64,000 bases of DNA from Candidatus Latescibacterota bacterium (lineage in GTDB: Bacteria > Latescibacterota > UBA2968 > GCA-2709665). The stretch lies in assembly GCA_963667175.2 (NCBI GenBank), contig CAXXXF010000003.1:513952-577951 (forward strand). The letters are read 5' to 3'. Under the pieces are notes generated by a model. The model worked only from the letters and a program-made list of their open reading frames with translations. It searched no databases and was not told where the DNA came from. The translations under genes were made by a program, and so were the position numbers. Below, piece after piece: positions 17,766 through 27,041 of the stretch. Every line of letters begins with the position of its first letter. Positions within the stretch are counted from its first letter, which is position 1.

Positions 17766-18565
17766 GCCTCGACAAGGGCGAGTCGCCGTTCCTTTTCGCG
17801 CTCAAATTCAAGCGCAATATTCACGGCTTCGGTGGAAACATCGTAGGTTAATGCCGCCGCCTGCAAGTCTCGCCCCTCGGCAAAGAAAGAATCTCTCAAG
17901 GTTTCGGTTCGAACGCGGTGCTTTGTCAAAATCGGGGACCCGAAAGCGTACGCCGGGTCAAGACAGATGTATCTAGGATCGAACCGCAACCCCCATTCGC
18001 CTATGGGGTACCATCGGATAGGTTCGTAACGATCGTAATCGATCGGTTCAAAAAGCGAAGGGTCGACCACCTCCTCGAACCCCCATCGTTTGCGATGTGA
18101 AACATTCTCGAAACCGATAGCAGTGTCGACGAACCCATCGTTGTCTTTGGAGACGATTCGCGGGTACGGGATGTCGTTGACGCTGATCGTAGCATCAGCC
18201 AAAATTCCTTTTCCGTCAATCTCGGACCATCCATCAGAATGATTCTCGATCCCGATACGGGTTTCGGCAAAAACCTCTGCCCCTTCGGTCAGGAACCGTC
18301 GGTCTGAGAATGGGTAATTGGTGTCGAAGCGCGTCCGCGCACGGCGAGCGGTTTCGGCGAGCACCGACAACTGAACTCCGGATTGATGGAACGAGTGGAT
18401 GTTGCGGATCTCGAGCAGGTCTCCGAAAGACAGCACGTAGAACCTGCCAGTGCGCAGATCGCCGTTGGACGCTCTGGTTCCGCTACCCAATATCCGCTTG
18501 ATCACCGCATAAACGAATTGCTTTTTCGCGCCGACCATGGCGCAGACTTCACTCGTCCGGTACAT
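17762..18565 (-). CDS. VapB45-like antitoxin (HTH plus DUF433)
   Basis: LSFGDLLE, YPF, LDPAYAFGSPI..RVRTE, YDVSTEAV..ALEFE. Confidence 0.75.
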   Translation of the reverse strand: MYRTSEVCAMVGAKKQFVYAVIKRILGSGTRASNGDLRTGRFYVLSFGDLLEIRNIHSFHQSGVQLSVLAETARRARTRFDTNYPFSDRRFLTEGAEVFAETRIGIENHSDGWSEIDGKGILADATISVNDIPYPRIVSKDNDGFVDTAIGFENVSHRKRWGFEEVVDPSLFEPIDYDRYEPIRWYPIGEWGLRFDPRYICLDPAYAFGSPILTKHRVRTETLRDSFFAEGRDLQAAALTYDVSTEAVNIALEFEREKERRLALVEA

Positions 18566-18911
18566 ACCACTTTGTATACGCTCAATCGACAGGTCTCACC
18601 CTCCGACTTCTTTTTTGAGACGATCTGATCCACGTCGTAAACGATATCAGACATCGTTACCCGACAGCTTGCCAGATAGCCAAAGCAGTGTTTTGGTGTT
18701 CAAACTGTGAAACCTCGGGGTTGGAACGAACGTCATGTCTCCAGCTGGCCGTTTGATTATCGCTAGACAGAATCCCGTTTCCTCGATGCACTAACAAATG
18801 CCAAACTACCATCACGGCGCGAACGACGCATGAGGGACGATGCACACACGCGCTTAGACTCGTTTCGCTTCTCGCAACCAGTTTGGCGGATCTGACTGGC
18901 CCGAGCGCGAT

Positions 18912-20225
18912 TCAAACCATCTCCGCGAAGACTGGCTTGAGTTTTGCACGTGCGGCGGTTTCTTTCTCGCCGTCCTGCGACTCGAATATGGGCATCTCTT
19001 CGTCCAAGTCTGCGTTCAGGTTATACAACTCGCCAGTTTCGTACAGCTTCCAGTCGTGATCGCGAACCATTCGGATGCGTCCTAGATCGGTACGATTCGC
19101 GGTCATCGGGTCGTAATGGAAGAAGATCCACTCTTTCGGGTCGCCTTTTTCGCCCTTGAGCTGCGCGTAGAACGATCGACCGTCGATCACATAGCTTTCC
19201 GGAGGTTCTGCGCCCGCGGCGTCCAACATCGTCGGGAGAAAGTCGGTTACGTCGATCAAGTCGGAGTTCACCACGCCGGCGGGCACAGTCCCCGGCATCT
19301 GAGCGATCAAAGGCACGTGCGTGCCGTGGTCGTTCGTCGTGCTTTTGCCGCCGCAAATCTCGTTGTGGCGGTGGACGATTGAGCAGACCTCTTGAGGTGA
19401 GCCGTTGTCGCCCGTGTAGATGACGAGCGTCTCTTCGCTCAATCCCTGTTCCGCCAGATAGTCCAGAAGCCTCCCGATCACTTTGTCGTGGTACTCCACC
19501 ATGTCTTTGTAATAACGAGGATGCGCATCATCGCCGTCGTCTCGGAGTTCACCCCAAGTCCGCCCGCCGAAATTCTTGTTCGACTGCGGTTCGAATCCCT
19601 CCCATTCAGGGCTGTCCGGTGTCGGCTCGAACGGTCCGTGCGTCAACGCCATTGGCCAATAGACGAAAAACGGGTTGTCGTCGTCCTTTTTGCGCTCGAT
19701 GAAATCGATGATGTAGTCGCAGAATAGATCGTCGCCGTACTCGTCTTTCGTGTCATCCCGATATGAGCCGTTCTCGTAGATGACGGGATCCTTGTACCGC
19801 GATCCTTTGTGTTCGGTGTGATGAGCGTGCCAGACACAAAACTCATCGAAACCGGCATCCTCAATCTTCTGACCCTTGTTCCGCATCTCCGGCATCACAT
19901 CGGGCGGATTGTAGGAATACAGCTGCCACTTACCGGAAATGCAGGTGTTGTACCCAGCCTCGGTGAAGAGGTGCCCGAATCCCACTTCATCGGGTGGAAG
20001 CAATCCGAATCCGATGTAGTTGCGGAAGTTGTGCTTGCCCGTCATCAGCGCTACCCGTGACGGTGTGCACAACGGCAGCACGTGTCCTTGGTCGAACCGC
20101 ATGCCGTTCGCCGCCATCTCATCCAGGCGCGGCGTCGCATACGAGGTTCCGCCATTGACTCCGATGCACTCGTACCCGAGGTCATCGGACATGATCATGA
20201 TGATGTTCGGACGTTTCGAGGGCAT
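18912..20225 (-). CDS. Sulfatase (Cys-type), paralog 2
   Basis: RPNIIMIMSDDLG, CTPSR, GKWQL, GDNG. Confidence 0.9.
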   Translation of the reverse strand: MPSKRPNIIMIMSDDLGYECIGVNGGTSYATPRLDEMAANGMRFDQGHVLPLCTPSRVALMTGKHNFRNYIGFGLLPPDEVGFGHLFTEAGYNTCISGKWQLYSYNPPDVMPEMRNKGQKIEDAGFDEFCVWHAHHTEHKGSRYKDPVIYENGSYRDDTKDEYGDDLFCDYIIDFIERKKDDDNPFFVYWPMALTHGPFEPTPDSPEWEGFEPQSNKNFGGRTWGELRDDGDDAHPRYYKDMVEYHDKVIGRLLDYLAEQGLSEETLVIYTGDNGSPQEVCSIVHRHNEICGGKSTTNDHGTHVPLIAQMPGTVPAGVVNSDLIDVTDFLPTMLDAAGAEPPESYVIDGRSFYAQLKGEKGDPKEWIFFHYDPMTANRTDLGRIRMVRDHDWKLYETGELYNLNADLDEEMPIFESQDGEKETAARAKLKPVFAEMV

Positions 20226-20241
20226 GTTGTTCGTTCCTGCT

Positions 20242-21552
20242 TCAGACCATCTCCGCGAAGATGGGGTTGAGTTTCGCGCGCGCTGCTGCTTCATTCTCGC
20301 CGTCTTGGGATTCGTAGATCGGTATCTCCTCGTCCAAGTCGGCGTTTAGGTCGTAGAGCTCGCCAGTTTCGTACAGCTTCCAGTTGCGGTCCCGGACGAA
20401 TCTGATACACCGCGCCGTGTTGCGTGCGCTCATCGGCTCAAAGTGGAAGAAGATCCAATCTTTCGGGTCGCCCTGTTCGCCCTGTAGCTGCGGGTAGAAC
20501 GATTCGCCGTCGATGAAATATCCATCCGGGGCATCAACGCCGGCCGCGTCTAGCATCGTCGGCAAGAAGTCCGTCACATCGATCAGATCGTCGTTCACTG
20601 CCCCGGCGGGAATGGTGCCCGGCATCTGCGCGATCAAAGGCACGTGAGTCCCGCGGTCGTTGGTCTTGCCCTTGCCGCCGCAGATCTCGTTGTGCTGGTG
20701 TTGCATCGAACACACATCGTGCGGCGAACCGTTGTCGCCGGTATAGATCACTAGGGTGTCCTCGCTCAACCCTTGCGCCTCAAGGTGATCCAACAGCCGA
20801 CCGATTACCTTGTCGTGATACTCGACCATGTCCTTGTAGAAGCGCGGATCGTCCGCGAAAGCGCCATCCTCTAGTTCCGCCCAAGTTCGGCCGCCGCGCG
20901 TCCGGTTTGTGGGCGGATCGAAATCGGCGAACTCCGGGCTGTCTGGCGATGGCTCGTGCGGCTTGTGCGTCAACGCCATCGGCCAATATACGAAGAACGG
21001 GTTGTCGTCGTCCTTTTTGCGGTCGATGAAGTCGATGATGTAGTTGCAGAACTCGTCATCGCCGTACTTGCCGTCGGTGTCGTCGCGATACTTCCCGTTC
21101 TGGTAGATGATCGGATCCTTGTAACGGGAACCCTTCTCCTCGGTCTGGTGCGCGTGCCAGACGCAGAATTCATCGAAACCCGCGTCCTCGATCTGCTGCC
21201 CTTTATTCCGCATCTCCGGCATCTCGTCTGGCGGGTTGTAGGAATAAAGCTGCCACTTGCCAGAGATGCAGGTGTTGTAACCGGCGTCTGAGAAGATGTG
21301 CCCGAACGTCACCTCATCGGGCGCGATCAGACCGAATCCGATGTAGTTGCGGAAATTGTGCTTGCCCGTCATCAACGCGACCCGCGTCGGTGTGCAAAGC
21401 GGCAACACATGCCCCTCGTCGAAGCGCATCCCATTCGCTGCCATCTCGTCGAGGCGAGGCGTCGCGTAGGATGTACCACCGTTGACGCCGATGCATTCGT
21501 AGCCGAGATCATCGGACATGATCATGATGATGTTTGGTCGTTTTTCTGACAT
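20242..21552 (-). CDS. Sulfatase (Cys-type), paralog 1
   Basis: RPNIIMIMSDDLG, CTPTR, GKWQL, GDNG. Confidence 0.9.
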   Translation of the reverse strand: MSEKRPNIIMIMSDDLGYECIGVNGGTSYATPRLDEMAANGMRFDEGHVLPLCTPTRVALMTGKHNFRNYIGFGLIAPDEVTFGHIFSDAGYNTCISGKWQLYSYNPPDEMPEMRNKGQQIEDAGFDEFCVWHAHQTEEKGSRYKDPIIYQNGKYRDDTDGKYGDDEFCNYIIDFIDRKKDDDNPFFVYWPMALTHKPHEPSPDSPEFADFDPPTNRTRGGRTWAELEDGAFADDPRFYKDMVEYHDKVIGRLLDHLEAQGLSEDTLVIYTGDNGSPHDVCSMQHQHNEICGGKGKTNDRGTHVPLIAQMPGTIPAGAVNDDLIDVTDFLPTMLDAAGVDAPDGYFIDGESFYPQLQGEQGDPKDWIFFHFEPMSARNTARCIRFVRDRNWKLYETGELYDLNADLDEEIPIYESQDGENEAAARAKLNPIFAEMV

Positions 21553-21668
21553 AGCGTTTCTCCCCTGTCAAACAATAACACTACCGACGCCAAAGGCGCG
21601 ATTTGCTCGGCGTGTCTCTATACAATCGCAAACAATGTCCAGACATATCTCGGCGAAGCAGGAAAACC

Positions 21669-22523
21669 ATGACTAACCGAACTCCAGTAATCGATGTCCA
21701 AGTCCACGCCTACGAGCGCGATCGACCCGAACGCCCTTGGCACGACGTCCTCGCCGGTCCCGAAGAGGTGACCGGTGATGACATGGTAGCGGCGATGGCA
21801 GACGTCGGAGTCGACGGCGCGCTCCTCGTTTCGCCGTTCTCGATGTACCAGTACGACGCGAGCTACGCGCTGGAGGTCTACGAAAAGCATCCCGGCAGTT
21901 TTGGTCTGATCCGACCGTTCGATCCCGATTCCGACACGATCGAGGCAGAGATGGAGGATTGGACGAGCCGGCCCGGTGTCGTCGGCGCGCGCATCATGCT
22001 CGCTCGAATCGAGATCGAGGCGAATCACCCCGGCGTCAATCGTATCCTCACCGCCGGCGCCAAGGCAGACGTACCGATCAACGTCATGTGCTCCGGGAAG
22101 TTGGGCATCTTTCGCGAGATGGCGCGCAACCATCCGAACACCCAACTGGTCATCGACCATCTTGGACTTGCCCAGCCGTACGAACCACCGGCGCCCGACG
22201 ATGCATGGTCCGACCTGCCCGAAGTTCTAGCGTTGGCTGAATTCGACAACGTCGCGATCAAGATTTCCGGTGCATGCACCCTTTCGAAGGAACCGTTCCC
22301 CTATCCCGACATCTGGGAACCGCTAGGGCAACTCTTCCGCGTCTACGGTTTCGACCGATGCATGTGGGGAACCGACTGGACGCGAGCCGTCAACCTGCTC
22401 ACCTACCAACAAGGCGTAGAAGCCTTCCGTGTGACCGACGAACTCAGCGACGCCGAACGTGCGACTTTGATGGGCGGCTCCCTCCAAAACATCTACAAAT
22501 GGTCACCGGCTACCGCGAGTTAA
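21669..22523 (+). CDS. Amidohydrolase 2 family protein
   Basis: IDVQVH, VIDHLG, KISG, MWGTDW. Confidence 0.85.
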   Translation: MTNRTPVIDVQVHAYERDRPERPWHDVLAGPEEVTGDDMVAAMADVGVDGALLVSPFSMYQYDASYALEVYEKHPGSFGLIRPFDPDSDTIEAEMEDWTSRPGVVGARIMLARIEIEANHPGVNRILTAGAKADVPINVMCSGKLGIFREMARNHPNTQLVIDHLGLAQPYEPPAPDDAWSDLPEVLALAEFDNVAIKISGACTLSKEPFPYPDIWEPLGQLFRVYGFDRCMWGTDWTRAVNLLTYQQGVEAFRVTDELSDAERATLMGGSLQNIYKWSPATAS

Positions 22524-22566
22524 CTACGCTTCCGAGCGGTCATTCTCCGTTTAGACGGGTCTAGAG

Positions 22567-23346
22567 ATGCCGAAAACCGCGTTGATAATCCGCCACGACG
22601 AATTTGAGACGCTCGGTGGCAACTTCACGACGGTATTGGAAGAGCGCGGATTCGAGATGAGGGAATTGAACGTTTTCGAATCCGCTCCTACATTCGACGA
22701 ATTTCGACCTCCGCCGACGAGTGACCTAGACCTCATCATCGCTCTCGGCGGCGCGCTGTCTGCCAACGACGACTACCCAGCGATCCATGCCGAACGCGAC
22801 TTTTTCGCTGACGCGATGGCGTCCGAGATACCGGTTTTCGGCGTGTGTCTCGGCGCGCAGATCATGTCTCGAGCGCTTGGTGGCAAAGTTCAGCCGACTG
22901 GGGGCTACGAATTTGGGCTAAGGAAAATCTGGATCACGGAGCAAGGTGCAGCAGATCCGGTTTTCGGCAAAATCCGCGTTCCATTGGTGCCGATGCTTCA
23001 CGGCGAGTGCTTCATTGTGCCGAGCGGTGCCGTTGAACTCGCATTCGGCTACATGTTGTGTCGCGACGGCACATTCAGGCGACAGAGCCTCGCGTTCCGA
23101 TACCGCGACTCGTATGCGTTCCAGTTCGAACCGCAACTCACGCTCGAGGAGTTGCGAGTTTGGAATCGTGAGCTAGCCGGCGATTACGAACTGATGGGCC
23201 CGCAGTTCGACGCGGAATCTGAAGCCGCGACGCATCTTCGCGAGTTCACCAACTACGCGCCGATCTATGAGGCTCAATCGCGAGAGATGCTGATCGCATT
23301 TCTCGAGAATGCGGGGCTAGTTCAAGACGGGCGCGCTGGCGAGTAG
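22567..23346 (+). CDS. Type 1 glutamine amidotransferase-like protein
   Basis: LGG, GVCLGAQ; FQFEPQ in place of QFHPE. Confidence 0.75.
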   Translation: MPKTALIIRHDEFETLGGNFTTVLEERGFEMRELNVFESAPTFDEFRPPPTSDLDLIIALGGALSANDDYPAIHAERDFFADAMASEIPVFGVCLGAQIMSRALGGKVQPTGGYEFGLRKIWITEQGAADPVFGKIRVPLVPMLHGECFIVPSGAVELAFGYMLCRDGTFRRQSLAFRYRDSYAFQFEPQLTLEELRVWNRELAGDYELMGPQFDAESEAATHLREFTNYAPIYEAQSREMLIAFLENAGLVQDGRAGE

Positions 23347-23645
23347 TCTACGCCTCGCTTGACGATTTCGTCCATCGTCGAGGGTTCGATGAGGACGGTG
23401 GTCTTGACGGCGGCGGTGCCCGCGGCGGAAATTCGCAAGGATACTGCCCCAGCTGCCACCTCGTCCGGGAGTTCGGCGATGATGTATGCATCGTCACCTC
23501 CGAACGCGTAGTAGAAGGACTCCAACTCGCCGCCAACACTAGACAACAGCTCTCTGACCGCTTGTTCGCGATGCGATCCGCCTACCTGCAACAGGCCGTT
23601 CACGCCTTCGTTGGTGTAGGACACGTCAAACTTGTACTTCGGCAT
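23322..23645 (-). CDS. GYD domain protein
   Basis: GG.LESFYYAFG.DD, AELPD, KTTVL. Confidence 0.8.
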   Translation of the reverse strand: MPKYKFDVSYTNEGVNGLLQVGGSHREQAVRELLSSVGGELESFYYAFGGDDAYIIAELPDEVAAGAVSLRISAAGTAAVKTTVLIEPSTMDEIVKRGVDYSPARPS

Positions 23646-23786
23646 TGTCTCTCCCTTCGCAACACCAGTCATGACAACCAGCATCAGCATTTATCTGGAT
23701 ACGAAATACCATTCTAAATCCGGGACGTTCCAGCAATTGCTCGCATGGAGCGGAAGGTTAGGCTTAAGTATGCCTCGCGGCGGCGA

Positions 23787-24761
23787 CTACTCGTACCATC
23801 CCGATCCGAATATCAGCCCGTCATGAAGCACGACCCACGTATGCTTTTGCTCGAACTCCCCCGTCTCTGGATTGATCCGTACGTAGTTCACCCAGGTGCC
23901 ACTATCGGTGGCCGCCATCAGGTCGGGCCCGTACAGCCTTCCCTCAGGGTCAGTCAGGGTGCTGACATCGAGCCCTAGACGTTGAGGGTCGTAGTGAGCC
24001 GCCATGCGACCGTCATGGCCGACGATGAATATATACCACTGCCCATCTGCACTTACCTTGGAGTTGTAATAGGCGAGCGTGTCCTCACGCCCGATGGCAT
24101 CGTATAGGTCAATGGCTCTGGCTACAAAATTCTTCGTATATCCCGGGGCATCCGACTTCTGGATTCCGCGCTCATACCAACCCGAGCCGAAGGTCAGACC
24201 ATCGTATTCAACCGACCAAGAATGTTTCGCTTCGACTATCCCGGATACTGGATTAGGAAACTCGAAACTGAACCAGGCTCCATCCTCATCGGCAACCGAC
24301 ACGATAGCCTCTCCAGCGGGGTAGTTATTTTGGGCTACAGCCTCCGATGCTGGGCGTCCAACGAGGGCCGGAATGACAGCGTGCGCCAGCATTATATCGT
24401 TCTGATCCAGAATGAAAACGTACCACTGACCATCAACACTCTCCTTGCTGTTGTAGTAGTCGATAGCGGCATCGAGACCTTCTGAGTCATATCTGCGGAT
24501 CGCCTCCTTCACGAAGTACTGGGTGTACTCGTCGGGTTCCCACTTGGGTGGAACGGGCTCCAACTCTTCCTGCATACCCGCGATTAAAGCCTCGATCATC
24601 GCATCATCGATAGCCATAGACTCTCCGGCGGGACCTGGTGGACCAGCAGGTCCGGTCGGGCCAGCCGGACCCTGCGGACCGGGCGGACCAGTCTCACCTT
24701 GGCAAGCGGCCATCGACATAATCAAAACGGCGGCAAGAATAGCCACTATCGATGTGAGCAT
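23787..24761 (-). CDS. Lipoprotein with collagen-like linker and two single-Cache-like domains
   Basis: MAAC lipobox; nine G-X-Y triplets; duplicated DGQWY.FI...AH...KH.W...DGL.FGSGWYE. Confidence 0.75.
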   Translation of the reverse strand: MLTSIVAILAAVLIMSMAACQGETGPPGPQGPAGPTGPAGPPGPAGESMAIDDAMIEALIAGMQEELEPVPPKWEPDEYTQYFVKEAIRRYDSEGLDAAIDYYNSKESVDGQWYVFILDQNDIMLAHAVIPALVGRPASEAVAQNNYPAGEAIVSVADEDGAWFSFEFPNPVSGIVEAKHSWSVEYDGLTFGSGWYERGIQKSDAPGYTKNFVARAIDLYDAIGREDTLAYYNSKVSADGQWYIFIVGHDGRMAAHYDPQRLGLDVSTLTDPEGRLYGPDLMAATDSGTWVNYVRINPETGEFEQKHTWVVLHDGLIFGSGWYE

Positions 24762-24945
24762 CTTCAATCTTCCATTCGGGTTTATCAGTTGTAATTTTGG
24801 CCGCGCTTCGCGTCGAAACATAACTGATAGATTCTATGCTTCGCGCTTATTTCAGACGGAGTGTGCATTCGAGACTCCGGCAAAGCCACAGTCATTAACG
24901 CGCAGGCAACACGAGCGAACGTCCGCAGGAGAAGGAGGAAAAAGA

Positions 24946-25022
24946 TGGTGGGCCCGGACGGATTCGAACCATCGACCTCTACTTTATCAGAGTAGCGCTC
25001 TAACCGACTGAGCTACGGGCCC
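24946..25022 (-). tRNA. tRNA-Ile(GAU)
   Basis: GGGCCCGTAGCTCAGTCGGTTAGAGCGCTACTCTGATAAAGTAGAGGTCGATGGTTCGAATCCGTCCGGGCCCACCA, full cloverleaf. Confidence 0.97.
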
Positions 25023-25131
25023 ACGTGCCACCTGACGTGCATCAGGCAACATACCGACAATTCTAACTGATGGAAAACCGTGGCTTCCTTGTCGAACCAT
25101 CACTGGGGCATCTGCCTCACGTCGGAGCGGG

Positions 25132-26448
25132 ATGACCCAATCGATCGCGTGGTACCCTAACCCAATGCAAACCACAAAACCGCGTTCATTGCTCTCAACC
25201 GCATCCTGGGCGATCTACGACTTCTCGGACACCATCTTTTCGGCGTCGATCCTGACGTTTTACTTCCCGCTGTGGGTGACGGAGGACAAAGGCGGCACCG
25301 ACACTCATCTCGGACTCGCGCTGTCGGCGTCGATGTTGATCGTCGCGCTGACCGGACCGTTTCTTGGCACGCTATCTGACCGTCTCAATCGGCGCGTACC
25401 ACTGCTCGCGATGAGCGTCGTTTTTTGTGCCGTATTCACCGCGCTGATCGGCGCCTTTGGCGGCTTGACCACCGGTTTGCTGCTGTTCATCGCGGCAAAC
25501 TTCATGTACCAGACTGGCATCATCTTCTACAACTCGCTCATCATCAACGTCAGCTCCGAAGGCGGGCGCGGCATCGTTTCTGGCATTGGAATCGGTGCCG
25601 GATACATCGGCTTGATAGCCGCGTTCCTAATCATGCGACCGATCGTCGATGACTATGGCAACCAAGCCGCATTCCTTCCGACCGCCGGGCTGTTCGTCCT
25701 TTTCGCCTTGCCGTTGATACTCATCGTCAAGGAACCCGGAGCACGCGGGCACGTAGACAAAACCCTTTTCCAGAACTCCTACCGCCAGCTCTACGAAACC
25801 TTCCACCGAGCTCGCGAGCACGTCAACCTGTTCCGATTCCTTGTTGCTCGTTTCCTGTACATGGAAGCGATAAACACCGTGACTTCGTTCTACGTCTTGT
25901 ACTTGATCAACGTCGGCGGATTCGACGACACCGAGGCGCAGACCATGATCATCGCTGTCGTGGTCATCGCCATCTTCGCGTCTTGGGCGACCGGCTTCCT
26001 AGTTTCCAAATTCGGCCCGAAACGCGTTCTGACCACCGCGCTAATTGGATGGAGCGCGCTCGCGGTCGTAGCCGTCGTCGCCGATGCCAAATGGACCTTC
26101 TGGACGATCGCAATCATCATGGGCGTCTTCTGGGCCGGACCTCAAATCTCCGATCGCGTGCTGCTCACCTATCTCTCGCCAAACGGGCAAGTCGGCGAGT
26201 TCTTTGGACTGTTTCAGATGTCGGGGCGTCTCTCCGCCGTAATCGGCCCCGCGCTTTGGGGGTTGACGATCTGGGCGCTGTCCGAAACGGGCGAACTCGC
26301 CTACCGAGTGGCACTCGCCACCCTCGCAATCTTCCTGATCCTAGGCTTGCTCGTGCTACGCGGCGTCAAGGTGACCCGCGAGGATTCCGACCTAGACGTG
26401 ATCGAGCCGGGGGAGGTTGTGGAAATACACGATTCCAGCCCAACGTGA
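25132..26448 (+). CDS. MFS transporter (ATG22/UMF1-like; start may be 25165)
   Basis: SWAIYDF, PFLGTLSD, FYNS, GEFFGLF, about 12 hydrophobic helices. Confidence 0.85.
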   Translation: MTQSIAWYPNPMQTTKPRSLLSTASWAIYDFSDTIFSASILTFYFPLWVTEDKGGTDTHLGLALSASMLIVALTGPFLGTLSDRLNRRVPLLAMSVVFCAVFTALIGAFGGLTTGLLLFIAANFMYQTGIIFYNSLIINVSSEGGRGIVSGIGIGAGYIGLIAAFLIMRPIVDDYGNQAAFLPTAGLFVLFALPLILIVKEPGARGHVDKTLFQNSYRQLYETFHRAREHVNLFRFLVARFLYMEAINTVTSFYVLYLINVGGFDDTEAQTMIIAVVVIAIFASWATGFLVSKFGPKRVLTTALIGWSALAVVAVVADAKWTFWTIAIIMGVFWAGPQISDRVLLTYLSPNGQVGEFFGLFQMSGRLSAVIGPALWGLTIWALSETGELAYRVALATLAIFLILGLLVLRGVKVTREDSDLDVIEPGEVVEIHDSSPT

Positions 26449-26559
26449 TGAACGCGCAAGCGAAACCACCTGATTTGCGAGCGATATCCGTACCCGCGGA
26501 TAGCAGGGTCGTTCATGAGGGGCAACGTCAACCACCAGCTGCAACGACAACCGTGAACT

Positions 26560-26596
26560 GCAACGTCATTCCGGCGGAAGCCGGAATCCATAGGGG
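26560..26596 (+). repeat. CGTC-type palindromic repeat, left flank of the GIY-YIG gene
   Basis: GCAACGTCATTCCGGCGGAAGCCGGAATCCATAGGGG. Confidence 0.9.
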
Positions 26597-26641
26597 ATTG
26601 AGTCGGATCTCGGAATAGGTTTGAAACTGGAAATTTATCTC

Positions 26642-26929
26642 ATGCGACCGAGTTACGTCTACATGCTCGCTTCCAAACGCAACGGCACTTTGTATATCGG
26701 GGTAACTTCCGATTTAGTTCAACGGATTTGGCAACACAAAAACGACGTGGTCGAGGGATTCACCAAACGGTACCGCGTCCATACTCTGGTTTGGTACGAA
26801 GAGCATGGGTCAATCCAAGACGCGATTCAGCGCGAGAAAAACATCAAAGAGTGGAAACGCGCTTGGAAGATCGAACTCATCCAGCAATCGAATCCGTCTT
26901 GGCGCGATCTATATTCGGACATCATTTGA
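26642..26929 (+). CDS. Stand-alone GIY-YIG nuclease (YhbQ/UPF0213-like)
   Basis: YVYMLASKRNGTLYIGVT, RIWQH, FT.RY, LVWYE, AIQREK..K.W.R.WK..LI. Confidence 0.92.
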   Translation: MRPSYVYMLASKRNGTLYIGVTSDLVQRIWQHKNDVVEGFTKRYRVHTLVWYEEHGSIQDAIQREKNIKEWKRAWKIELIQQSNPSWRDLYSDII

Positions 26930-26983
26930 TGTCTAGCCCTGACGCGCAACGGCGTTACCAAGATTAGCTACTGCCGTTCCTCG

Positions 26984-27020
26984 CCCCTCTGGATTCCGGC
27001 TTCCGCCGGAATGACGTTGC
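26984..27020 (-). repeat. CGTC-type palindromic repeat, inverted right flank of the GIY-YIG gene
   Basis: Reverse complement matches 26560-26596 at 36/37 positions. Confidence 0.9.
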
Positions 27021-27041
27021 CTGTACCCGCAATAACACGTC

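Noticed and set aside
18570-18910. Unannotated 340-bp intergenic region as ncRNA
   Set aside because: No recognisable riboswitch, strong structure or credible ORF
24946-25022. tRNA-Ile as an integration site
   Set aside because: No integrase or duplicated tRNA 3' end was seen in the window
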